A DNA stretch of 63,486 nt, filler included, from Chiloscyllium plagiosum (taxonomy: Eukaryota), in the NCBI RefSeq assembly GCF_004010195.1. It is 4 parts of 2 records of this genome, joined end to end, with 100 filler letters (N's around TTAATTAATTAA, not from the genome) between each part and the next. Parts side by side here need not be neighbours in the genome. Positions count along the whole stretch, not along the records: positions 1 to 31,425 come from NC_057714.1; 3 more parts are not named here. One strand, written 5' to 3'. Positions 13,800 through 25,347 of the stretch are shown here, piece after piece; positions within the stretch are counted from its first letter, which is position 1, and every line of letters begins with the position of its first letter. Position numbers and translations under genes: made by a program. The notes below the pieces were generated by a model. The model was not told the origin of the DNA and ran no database searches. It worked only from the letters and a program-made list of their open reading frames with translations.

Positions 13800-14600
13800 C
13801 ACCTTTTAGAAAGTCATGTATGGTTCAAGAAGATTTCTCATCTCTGATCAAAACTGATAATCCCCCATAATCAAAGACCTACCTTCCAGGAATGAGTAAA
13901 GGGAAACATCTATGAAAATCTTCTGAAAGAACTATATGTTTTTTTTTAAGTTTAGGTGATCAAAACTGCACACAGTGTATCCGATGTGGTCTCAGCAATG
14001 CCCCGTTCAGATGCAGGGAGTCTTCACTGCTCCCTGAGGATGAGGACACCACAGATAGCACAACACTAAAGTGAAATGAACATCCTTATTTCATTGTGGG
14101 ACCCGTTATTTTAAACCGTGTTAACGTTCAGATGCAGTAAAACATTCCTCTTCAAACGTGATAACATTTGCCAGAAACAGCATCATTCCACTTACCTTCC
14201 ACTTACCTTCTGCTGCATCTGCAGACTGACTTCATATGATTCATGTTCCAGAAACATGGAAACGGGCTGTATGACAGAGTTCTGCAATCTCTCTCTCCAT
14301 TTAAATTGTTCGCCATTGTTTTATCCTTCCTGCCACAGTAGACAACTCACCTTATGTTCTTTCTGTTGAAGGTTTGCTCACTAACCTTCCCTATCTGTAT
14401 CACATTGCAGACTCATTACCTCAATTTGACGATCATCTTGGTGATGCACTAATTGAGCTTCGTGCCATTCAGTTCCCTTCCTCCAGATCTTTGATACAGA
14501 TTATTTGTCATTGAAGACACCGCTGTGATGTCTACAGCACTACACTAGTTACAGTTTTGCAACCTGAAAATAAACATTGATCATTACTCTCTATTTCCTG
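13800..14600 (-). mobile_element. Old degraded CR1 ORF2 fragment with a TSD-flanked local insertion (14017-14124)
   Basis: Plus-strand GATCAAAACTGCACACAG...GATGTGGTCTCAGCAATGCC is the reverse complement of the RALVRPHLEYCVQFWSP region. Confidence 0.6.
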
Positions 14601-14790
14601 TTATCGACAGCTTCCCTTCTTGTGCAGCACCGAAGGTGGGTTGAATAGTCTCCTCCTGAGTTGTGTAATGTACTCAACGAGCTGAATTACTTCATTCTCT
14701 ATTCCTGTGTAACTTCTTCGAGAGGCAGAATGGTCTCCTCCCGTCTCATTGTAATGATCCTGCCTGACTGAAAGGAGTGGTCCCCTACCT

Positions 14791-15093
14791 TGTAACAGTA
14801 TTGAGGGGTGGATTGAGGGAACAACACATGGGGTAGGTGCAGCAGTATATCTCTGTAACAGTCTCGAGGGGTGGATTGAGAGAACAACACAAGGGGTAGG
14901 GGCAGCAGTATATCTCTGTGATAGCCTCGGGGGTGATTGAGAGAACAACTCATGGGGTAGGGGCAGCAGTATATCTCTGTGATAGCCTTGAGTGGTGGAC
15001 TGAGGGAACAACACATGGGGTAGGGGGCGCAGTACATTTCTGTAACAACCTCGAGGGTGGATTGAGGGCACAACACATGTGGTAGGGGCAGCA
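14791..15093. repeat. Minisatellite, ~62-63 bp x ~4.9 copies
   Basis: Unit TGTAACAGTCTCGAGGGGTGGATTGAGAGAACAACACATGGGGTAGGGGCAGCAGTATATCTC starts at 14791, 14854, 14917, 14978 and 15041. Confidence 0.9.
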
Positions 15094-15704
15094 GTTGGTC
15101 ATTCAGCTGCACCATTCAGAATGTCCATAACTGATCCGATTGTGTCTGACCATCCGTCTCCTGTCTGTTCCCAATAAACATTGACTCTCCTGTCCAGCAA
15201 AGATCAGTCAAGCTCCGAGTTGAATATCTTCAATAACCTAGTCTTCACTGCTCCCTGAGGATGAGGACACCACAGATAGCACAACACTAAAGTGAAATGA
15301 ACATCCTTATTTCATTTTGGGACCCGTTATTGTAAACCGTGTTAACGTCACATCCAATCACCATTCTTTTCAGACATAAGGACACAATAATTAGGAATAA
15401 AGATAAAGCATTCTGGACTTCAAACCTGCCCCACATTCCCACTGACACTTCCCAATCAAATCTGTATCAAACTCAGCCTCTGCTGCTGTCTCAGAACGAG
15501 AATACCTGATAGCATAATACCACAAGAGCATTGAAGCAAGGAGCAGAATGAGGCTATTCGGCCCATTGAGTCTAAAATTCCATTCAATACTGTCTTATAT
15601 GTACCTCAACCTCATTCTTCTGCCTTCTCCTTAGAATCCTTGATCTCCTTACTAATCCAAAGCATATCGATTTGCGTCTTAATGACATTAATTTCGGTTC
15701 CTCT

Positions 15705-15895
15705 GTGACTGCATGTGTTTGTGTATGTGTGTGTACATATAAATGCGTGTGTGTCCATGTGCTTGTTATCCGTGTGTTTGTGTGTCTATGTCTGTCTGTC
15801 TGTGTATCATCCTGTGTGTTTCTTAACTGTGTTTGTGTCTATTTGTATGTGACTGCATATGTCTCTGTGTTTCTACGTGTGTGTATGCCTATCTC
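15705..15895. repeat. GT-rich low-complexity tract
   Basis: Direct read. Confidence 0.8.
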
Positions 15896-17259
15896 CTTGT
15901 AAGTATTATGTGTAATCGCATATTGGGATGTTTACCAATATTTCTGAGTATTTTTGTGTCTGCATCTCTGTGCAGTGAGGTCTCTTTTGGAAGTGAAAGT
16001 ACTGTCGTTGGAACTGCCAGTGGGTTTAAAGTGAGAATTGTCTTTCACTGGATATTGCTCCTTAATCGCTCGGTGGGACATGGATGTTTCAGTATCTCCA
16101 CATGAGGCGTCCCAGTCCTCTCCGGCTCATACCACTGTCCTACCCATATGGAGGGGGGAGAGCGTGAGTGAATGGATATCGGGCATTCCACCACGCGGCT
16201 TTACCTTTCAGTCCTATTCCAGGCTCTTTCTCCTGGAATGGGAGAAAGGGAGGGTGGGAGGGAGAGTGGGAATGGGTGACCCAGCTGTTAGTGCTGGTGT
16301 AGTTGTGGGGAATTGTGAGGTGGCTGGAATGAGTCAGTCGACAGTTTTGAATCCATGTAGTATTATTAGTGTCGGTGTATTGCGTAGGTGACAGAGAAAG
16401 TGACGAAGAAAGTTACTGAATTCAATAGTGAGAGTGGTTGTGCCTGAGACTTATTTGGAGATAGAGCATGAACCTTGTTCGGGAGTCGGTGCTATAACAG
16501 ATATACAGTGAGTGTGAGGGAGCATGAACCTTGTTCGGGGGGGTGGGGGGGTCGGTGCTGTAACAGATGTACAGTGAGTGTGAGCGAGCAGAGTGTACAC
16601 GGTAACTCTTATGCTGACAGAGCGGGGAGGATATTGATGCTTATTCTGTATTGCAGGACATTTCTTCAGATCATCTCGGTGTCGAGGTGAGCCCCCATGA
16701 ATATCTTGTCCAGGTCTATCACTAATAACGAAACAGACCTGTCTGTCAGCTTCCACAGGATCAGTTTAGGTAGAGCTTACAGATAGCAAGGAGAAGCAAA
16801 TATTGGTGTGTTGTATATCAAAACCAAAACGCTAGCAGAAAATCTCAGCATCATATGCTCTGGAAATTGGATAGGCAAGTATTGTGGATACCGCAGTCTT
16901 ATTGTATGGTCTCAAGTTGCCTCGAACCTGCGTTAACTAAGTGACTGCTCATGTTGTGAAAAATAAATTCCGTAAGTTATATAAGGTTGTAGAGTATATT
17001 GTGAAGAGAACTGGAGAGCAGGTTATATTGGATTTGGTATTATGTGGTCAGAAGGAAGAATTAATAACCTTGTACTGAAGCAGCTTTTAAGGAATAATAA
17101 CATTAATAAGTTGCATTTTACACGGCGTCTGCATGCAATATAGAATGCTTGAACTTTCTAGTTTAACATCATGGAAGACTGGAAGTAAGAGGGTCAAGAT
17201 AGCTCCAGTGAATTGGAAAAGTACAAAATAACATTCAGTGGGAAACAAGCAATGGTTGT

Positions 17260-18790
17260 TAGAGTCATAAAGTTCGACAGCACGGAGACAGGCCCTTCAG
17301 CCCAAACTGGTCCATTCCGACCAAAATGTCCATCCACGCTATCCCCATTGCCTCGTATTCTTCTAATCCTTTCCTGTCCGTGTATTTGGCCAAATGCCTT
17401 TTAAAGGTTGTTAATGTATCCGCCTCAATCACTTCCCCTGGCAGCTCATTCCATATGCGAACCAGCCCCTGTGTATAAAAAGATTGTTCCTCAGNNNNNN
17501 NNNNNNNNNNNNNNNNNNNNNNNNNNNNNNNNNNNNNNNNNNNNNNNNNNNNNNNNNNNNNNNNNNNNNNNNNNNNNNNNNNNNNNNNNNNNNNNNNNNN
17601 NNNNNNNNNNNNNNNNNNNNNNNNNNNNNNNNNNNNNNNNNNNNNNNNNNNNNNNNNNNNNNNNNNNNNNNNNNNNNNNNNNNNNNNNNNNNNNNNNNNN
17701 NNNNNNNNNNNNNNNNNNNNNNNNNNNNNNNNNNNNNNNNNNNNNNNNNNNNNNNNNNNNNNNNNNNNNNNNNNNNNTTCACTGCACTGTCTACCTCTGA
17801 ATCAACTTCCAGAGAACCATGTACCTGAATTCCAAGGTCCCTCTGTTCCACTTCACACCAACCATTCACCATGAAAGTCCAACCTTGATTTGACTTTTTA
17901 AAATGCAAGAACTTACACTGATCAATATTAAAATCCATTTGACATTTCTCAGCCCACTTCTCCAGCTGATGAAAGTACTGCTGTAATTTCTGAAAGTTAT
18001 GATAACCTTCCTCAGTCTCTATGATGCCACCTATTTGAGTGTCGTCTTCAAACTTACAAATCATGCCTGTACATTCTCATCTAAATCATAGGTATATGTA
18101 ATATGCAGTCTTCCCGGCATCAACCCCAGATGCATTCCACAAGTCACAGGCCTCCAGTCTGACAAGCATTCTGCCAATATTACCCTCTGCTTCCTACCAT
18201 CAAGCCAAATTTGTACCAAATTTGCCAGTTCTCCTTCAATTCCATGTGATCTCACCTTCCAGAGCAGCGCACTATGACCTTACTGAAGGCCGTACTGGAA
18301 TCCATATAAACTACGTTTACCGCACTTCCCTCCTCAACGTTGCTGGTCACTTCATCAAAGAACTCCAACACATTTACGATTCAAGATCTCCCATGCACAA
18401 ACTCCCGTGCTGAAATTGATGAACGGATTTTGCCCGAAACATCGATTTTCCTGCTCCTCGGATGGTGCCTGATCAGCTCTGCTTTTCCAGCACCATTCTA
18501 ATCTGACTTCGAATCACACCCTGTCTTTCCAAATGCAGGTATATCCAATCTCTTCGAAACTTCTCAAGTAACCTACCCGCTAGATTTGAGTTTTACTGGT
18601 CTTGAGTTCCCAGGTTTATCTTTGTAGCCTTTCTTGAATATGGGCTCAGCATATGCTACCCTCCAGTCGTCCAGGACTTCACTTGTTGGCCAGCAACGAT
18701 GGAAAAGAACCAACCAGGGCTCCCGCAATTTCTTCTCTGTCCTCCTTTCCTCTTGCAGTGTTCCTGAATGTATCTGGTCAGGACCAGGAG
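17260..18790 (-). mobile_element. CR1-type LINE ORF2 (RT), degraded, with gap and a Penelope pLTR piece at ~18410-18505
   Basis: ORFs KFEDDTQIGG...WAEKCQMDFNIDQCKFLHF and WLDGRKQRVI. Confidence 0.85.
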
Positions 18791-18799
18791 TTCTTAGAA

Positions 18800-21700
18800 A
18801 TAATGCAAAGTCTGAAAAATACGTCTATTTATTTCAGGTATAAACACGAAAGAGTGAGAAAGTGACTCAATGATGTTTAACATAACAAATTAGAAAATAT
18901 ATTAATCATAGAAAGTGACTTCAGAAGAATTCCAGCTATTGTGGAAACCTGAGAATTCTCAGAAATGAACGATCCAGAAAAGGAGGGGCATGAAACTGAT
19001 AACGAAATCAAAAAGAGAACATACATGCTAACAAACAGGAACACAAACACTGCATCAGTCTACGATCTATATTTCAAAGGAAACAAAATAAAAACAAGGT
19101 CAAATATGGAAATTTGTAATCGGGAGAGGAGAGATCATTGTAGAGAAGAGGAAAATGGCCAAGAAAATAACCAGTTACGTTGCATCTGTCTTCATGGAGG
19201 AAGATCCAGAAAATCCCCCAGTAATACCAAGTGATCATATCGGACTCCTGGACCTAAAGACATGAAGTCAATTCATATCAGTAACAAGGTAGCACTTGAA
19301 CATGGAGCTGGATTGAGCATAGCTAAGTCTGACGAAACAGATGCACTTCATATCAAAATGTCAGAAATAAATCACCAATAGAAGTATTAATTGCACAGTC
19401 GATGACTGTGTTTTATTTTCCTGTACATTCTGCAGAGACCGGAAACTATTGTGGATAAACGTGATCCAAGCATATCAATGAATGGAAGGGACCCAAACAG
19501 CTACAAAGGGAATAAAAGACATAGTGTGCAGAACTGCAGATCAATTAACTTGATATTTGTAGGGAAACTGTTAGAATCTATTACACAGGATGAAATTTTT
19601 GATATTTAAAAATTAACAGCAACAATGGAGAGAATCAGCATGCATTTCTGATAGAGAAATCATACTTGATAAACTTCGGAATTGTTTGAAGTTGTTTCTT
19701 ACAGCAAAGTTAATGGGGAACTCGTAGAAGTGGTATATATTGGATTTTCGGAAGGTTTTCTATAAGATCTCAGTGAGTTCGTAAATGCAATGAATGTGAA
19801 GAATATTTGGNNNNNNNNNNNNNNNNNNNNNNNNNNNNNNNNNNNNNNNNNNNNNNNNNNNNNNNNNNNNNNNNNNNNNNNNNNNNNNNNNNNNNNNNNN
19901 NNNNNNNNNNNNNNNNNNNNNNNNNNNNNNTTCTCCAGATTAATCCCTCAGATGGTGAGATTGCCTGATGAGGAAACTCAGCCTGTGTTCTCTGGAGATT
20001 CAAAGAATGAGAGGTGGGTCACAGTGAAATTTAGAAAATTCACAAAACATCTAACAAGTTGGAAATTAACAGAACGCTTCCCTCGCTGGCTATTCCACAG
20101 TCAAGGCAAATAATGGCAGGATCTGGGAAAGGCCAGTTCAGACTGCAATAAGGAGGAAATTGATCAGTTGGAGAGGACTGACTAACCCATGGACATGGAA
20201 ACCTACTGGTAGACAAGATTCGGGAGAATCACCAGATATTCTACAAGTGTCTCCAGAGCAACAGAATAACCAGGGAACAGGTAGAATGCATTAGTGACTT
20301 GCCAAGTTGCATCCAAATCAACTTTAGTGGTAGGAGACAGAGGCTGGTGGTAGAAGGCTGTTTGTGTGATTGGAGGCTAGTGTCCAATGGTGTGCCACAG
20401 GGATCAGTGCTGTGTCTCTTAATGTTTCTGATTCGGAGGTGTTGTTGTTGGACTGGGGTGGACAAAGCTAAAAATTGCATAACACCAGGTTATAGTCCAA
20501 AAGGTATATTCAGCGGCACTAGCTTTCAAAGCACTTCATCAAAACGCACAACCAACTGATGAAGAAGCAGCGTTTCGAAAGCTCGTGCCTCCGAATAAAC
20601 CTGTTGGACTATAAGCTGATGTGTTGTGATTTTAAACCTTATCCTAAATGATGCACCTGTGAATATGGACGAGAGGTGGGGGGTGTCATAAATAAGTTTG
20701 TGTTTGATACGAAGATTGGCCGGGTAGATGACAGTGAGGAGGAAGGCCTTATGTTTCAGGAACTTCAGATGGAATGGTCAGATGGTCGCATCAATGACAG
20801 ATGGAATGTAACCCTGATAACTATGAGGTGATGCACTTTGCAAGAAGGAACGAGACAGAGTAGGACTCAATGAATGACAGCACACTAGGAAGCTCAAAGG
20901 GTGCTTCTCCACACATCCCTGAATGTGACTGGACAGGTTATTGCACAACTTGGGAACGCAAAGGGGAGCGTAAACACAGCCTTTATATATTGAAGCATAG
21001 ATTATAAGGGCTATGCGGAATTTTGGTTAGGCCAAGATGGAATACTGTGTGTAGTTATGGGGGCCACATTACAGGAAGGATGTGATTGTACTGGAGGGAG
21101 TGCAGAGGAGATTCGCCAGGATGTTCCCTGGGATGGCGTATATCAGCTATGGAGAGAGGCTGGATAAGCTCGGGTTGTTTACTTTGGAGCAGAGAAGGCT
21201 GAGGGGAATATGAATCAGAAGGATAAGATTACGAGGGACATGGACAGGGTGGATAGACAGCATCTGTTCCTTTTAGTCAAAGGGCCACGTTTTTAAAGTG
21301 AAGCGTTTGAGGTATAGTGAGGATTTGAGGACTGTTTTTCACCCAGAGTTTGTGGGGTCTGGAATGCACTGCTTGAGAGGGGAGTTGTCATGGTAACCTC
21401 AAAATCTTTAGAAAATACATGATTGTGCAGTTGAAATGCCATAAGATTCCCAGGTACGGGTCTTGTCGGAAAGTAGGCCTAATGTAGACCGTACTGTATT
21501 TCTCTTGGAACAGAGATTGTGCTGTTATTGTATGGATATGGAAGGTCAATCATTGAGTAGCTTAAGATAAGAATTGATGAGTTTCTGAAGAACATCTTAC
21601 CAAAGTATGTAAGAGGGAACTTGTAATATCTTCTGAAAATATGTCAATGGCAAAATTAACAGAAAACTTTGCAGCTTTCTTACAGTCTGATACCAGGTAA

Positions 21701-22950
21701 TTGAGGACAGGAAAATAGCAGAACTATGGAATAAATACTTCAGTTATGCCTTCACAGAAGATAAACAAAAAACAAAAAACAATACTTCCTAGAAATACTA
21801 GAGAACTTTAGTCTGGTGAGAAAAAGGGAATAACAACTAAATTAGCAACTAAACAGATTTAGAGAAAAATATTAGACTGAAATTAATGGGCATAGACAAA
21901 GTTATAAGAGATTTATGAAATGGGAATCATATTTGAGAAAGTAGCTTTTAACAAAATTATGAAAAGATATCAATGCAATACGATTGGAATCTCAGAAAGA
22001 TTTTTGATAAAGCCCCAAGGCTATTGTGCAAATTCGAATCCTGTGGGACTGGGTCTAATGTATGGTCATGGTTTTAGAATGGGAGAGCTGGCAGGAAAGA
22101 GTGAGTAAGAACAGAACCATGTTTTTTTTGAAGGGAACACTTCGAGGATATAACAAGGACATATCGAGATTTGACATGCAGTTAATCCCAATACACATCA
22201 TATCTTTGGTTGAGGGGCGCATATGCTATATTCCCCAGTCTGCTGACAGTACTAAACGATGTCAGCTTGTGAGTGGATGAGGAGGATGTAAAAAAGATTA
22301 CAAGGTGATTGAGACATGTGGAGAGACTGGGCAAATACGTGGTAGATGGAGAGCAATGGGAGAGATGAGATGTTGTACACTTTGATGGGAACAATAGAAT
22401 GGCATCCTATCATTTGCAAAGGGAGTGGTTGAAAAACGTTGATCTATAAATGAACTTAAGCTGCATTTTTATTTTATTTCTGCGCAGCCCTCCGAATCCA
22501 TGTAAAGGAGTGAGTTCTGAAGCCAGAAGTCAATACTAGAAATAGCAATGGCACGCTGACCAGTTTATATAGACCCAACAAGTGGGGAGCTGTAACATTG
22601 AAAACGATCTGTATGTCCCTGTACACCAGTCAGTGAAAGTAATATTGTAGGAGCAGAAAGCAGGTTGGCAGATAAATGGTGTATTCACCTTCATTTCAGG
22701 GAGATTTGAATACAGGAGTAAGGGTGGTTTACTGCAGCTGTATAGGGCCTTAGTGGAGCCCCATCTCAAACATTGTGCAATATTGTTTGCAGTTTTGGTC
22801 TCCTTGCCTCGTAAAGGACATTGAGGGCGAGCATTGGAGGATGACCAAACTGATCTCTGGGATGACAGGCTTGTTGAGGGACCAGCGATTTGGGGTGAGT
22901 GGGCCTGTATTTCATGGGGTTTAGCAAAATGAGTGGAGATAGCATTAGAC
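18800..22950 (+). mobile_element. Series of degraded CR1 ORF2 copies
   Basis: Motifs GRRQRLVVEGC...GVPQGSVL (20299-20420) and EYCVQLWGPHYRKDV (~21040), with many stops and frameshifts. Confidence 0.75.
20430..20638. mobile_element. Penelope-derived palindromic element (family B), diverged, with hammerhead-like core at 20556-20584
   Basis: Same sequence as 29288-29697 (GATTCGGAG...TTGGACTGGGG...ACACCAGGTTATAGTCC... and its inverse); core CTGATGAAGAAGCAGCGTTTCGAAAGCTC. Confidence 0.8.
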
Positions 22951-23559
22951 AATATACCATAGACAATAGGTGCAGGAGTAGGCCATTCTGCCTTTCGAGC
23001 CTGCACCGCCATTCATTATGATCATGGCCGATCATCCTTAANNNNNNNNNNNNNNNNNNNNNNNNNNNNNNNNNNNNNNNNNNNNNNNNNNNNNNNNNNN
23101 NNNNNNNNNNNNNNNNNNNNNNNNNNNNNNNNNNNNNNNNNNNNNNNNNNNNNNNNNNNNNNNNNNNNNNNNNNNNNNNNNNNNNNNNNNNNNNNNNNNN
23201 NNNNNNNNNNNNNNNNNNNNNNNNNNNNNNNNNNNNNNNNNNNNNNNNNNNNNNNNNNNNNNNNNNNNNNNNNNNNNNNNNNNNNNNNNNNNNNNNNNNN
23301 NNNNNNNNNNNNNNNNNNNNNNNNNNNNNNNNNNNNNNNNNNNNNNNNNNNNNNNNNNNNNNNNNNNNNNNNNNNNNNNNNNNNNNNNNNNNNNNNNNNN
23401 NNNNNNNNNNNNNNNNNNNNNNNNNNNNNNNNNNNNNNNNNNNNNNNNNNNNNNNNNNNNNNNNNNNNNNNNNNNNNNNNNNNNNNNNNNNNNNNNNNNN
23501 NNNNNNNNNNNNNNNNNNNNNNNNNNNNNNNNNNNNNNNNNTCCCACCACTGAGGTCAG

Positions 23560-24478
23560 ACTAACTGGTCTATGATGAAGCAGCTGGTGATGTTTGGGCC
23601 TAGCACACTCCCCTGAGGAACTCCTGCAGGGATGTCTTGGCCTCCACCAAAGGAACATCTCTCTTTATGCCAGGTAAGACTCCAACCAGCAGAGAGCTTA
23701 TCTCCTGACTCCCAATGACGCGGGTTTTGCTCAGTTTCCTCATCGCTATACGCATTCAAACACAGCCTTCATATCAAGGACTGTCACTCTTACCTCAGTT
23801 CTGCAATTCACTTCTTTTGTCCAAATCTGAACCAAAAAGATCAGGAATGGTTCTTGCAGAAACTAAACTGAGTGTCAGGTGTTGCATAATAGCAATGTTT
23901 ATGACACTGCTATTATGCAACACCTGACACTTTATTGACAACTGAACGTGTATTGATGGAGCGGTTGGATTTATCCTTCGTTTTGTGTACAGGACATACC
24001 TGGAAAGTTATCCACATTGTCAAGTAGATGCCAGTGTTGTAGCTACACGGAATCACCTTAGCTTGAGCTGCAGCAAGTCTTAGCACAAGTCTTCAGGACT
24101 ATTACCGGAATGTTATCAGTGTCCATAGCTTTGGATTATCCAGTGTTTTCAACCTTTTCTTGATATCACAGAGTGAATTAAATTGGCTGAAGACTGGCAT
24201 CTCTGACGCTGGGACCCTCTGCATGAGCCTGAGATAAATCATCCACTCGGCACCTCTGCCTAAAGATGCTTACAATTGTAGTTTGCTTGTAGCTCAATCA
24301 TCGAGAATGAGGATACTTGTGGAGCTTCCACCTCCTGTTAGTTGTTTAATTTTCACTACCAATCAAGACTGGATATCCATGCAAAGCTGAGATCTGATCC
24401 AATTGTTGTGGAATCACCTAACTCTCTCTATTATTTGCTGCTTGGCAAACAAGTGGCCCTGTTTAGTAGCTTCATAGG
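23560..24478 (-). mobile_element. CR1/L2-group LINE RT fragment
   Basis: ORF ...[18 protein letters not shown]. Confidence 0.75.
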
Positions 24479-24484
24479 TTGAAT

Positions 24485-24833
24485 TTAGAATGAGAATTCC
24501 TACAGTGTGGAAACAGGTCCTTCGGCCCAACAAGTCCACACTGAACCCCTCCAAAGAGTAACCCACCCAGACCCATACCCCTACAAATATTTACTTCTGA
24601 CTAATGCACCTAACCCTACACATCCCTGAACACCATGGGCAATTTAGCATGGCCAATTCACATAACCTGCACACCTTTCGACTGTGGGAAGAAACTGGAG
24701 CACCAGAGGAAACCCATGCAAACACAGGGAGAATGTTGAACGCCACACAAAAGGTCACCTGAGGCTGGAATCGAATCCAGGTTCCTGGCGCTGTGAGGCA
24801 GCAGTGCTAACCACTGAGCCACCATGCCACCCC
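24485..24833 (-). mobile_element. HE1-type V-SINE (tRNA head, V domain, CR1-like tail)
   Basis: Reverse complement GGTGGCATGGTGGCTCAGTGGTTAGCACTGCTGCCTCACAGCGCCAGG...GGTTCGATTCC (A/B boxes); matches the 57119-57440 copy. Confidence 0.9.
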
Positions 24834-25241
24834 TGACATCTTACCTTTTTGGTTTTTCTGGCGCTGCTCTGGAACATCTTCCTGTTCTCTTCAGGGAGAG
24901 TATATGTGGTTAGAGTAAATAGTTTTAGCTCAAAACTGTGCATAGCCTGTTTGTATTGCTGTAGTTTCTGAGTTTCTACACAGACCAACATATTTATGAC
25001 TGTTGTGCAACAAAAAGCTAAACATATCTACCACAGATGAAATGTCAAAATGCTTAAATTTTATTTTCATAAACTAATTCTAAGATGCCTTACTTGTCCT
25101 TTTAGCAGGACACCATTGTTGTGAGGGGCGGTGATCACTCCTCAAATAAGTAAATTATTTGCTTGTGATATCTTCTCTGCTTTACCAATGGTTGTTCCCA
25201 CCAATTGAAATTTCATTCCTTAGTACATCTTCCTTTCTGTG

Positions 25242-25347
25242 TGTAGTGATTGGAACCAGCTGGATCTCATTGACTAGGAGATCCTTGACTGGGGCTGTTA
25301 ACCTGAACCAATCAGGGACACAGGATGACAGATATAAACAGGGAATT
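25242..25347 (+). mobile_element. 5' (U3) part of a Gypsy LTR hosting the Tx1 pile-up
   Basis: TGTAGTGATTGG...GGGGCTGTTAACCTGAACCAATCAGGGA...GACAGATATAAACAGG (CCAAT and TATA); homologous to the LTRs at 37483-37711 and 38564-39072. Confidence 0.75.
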
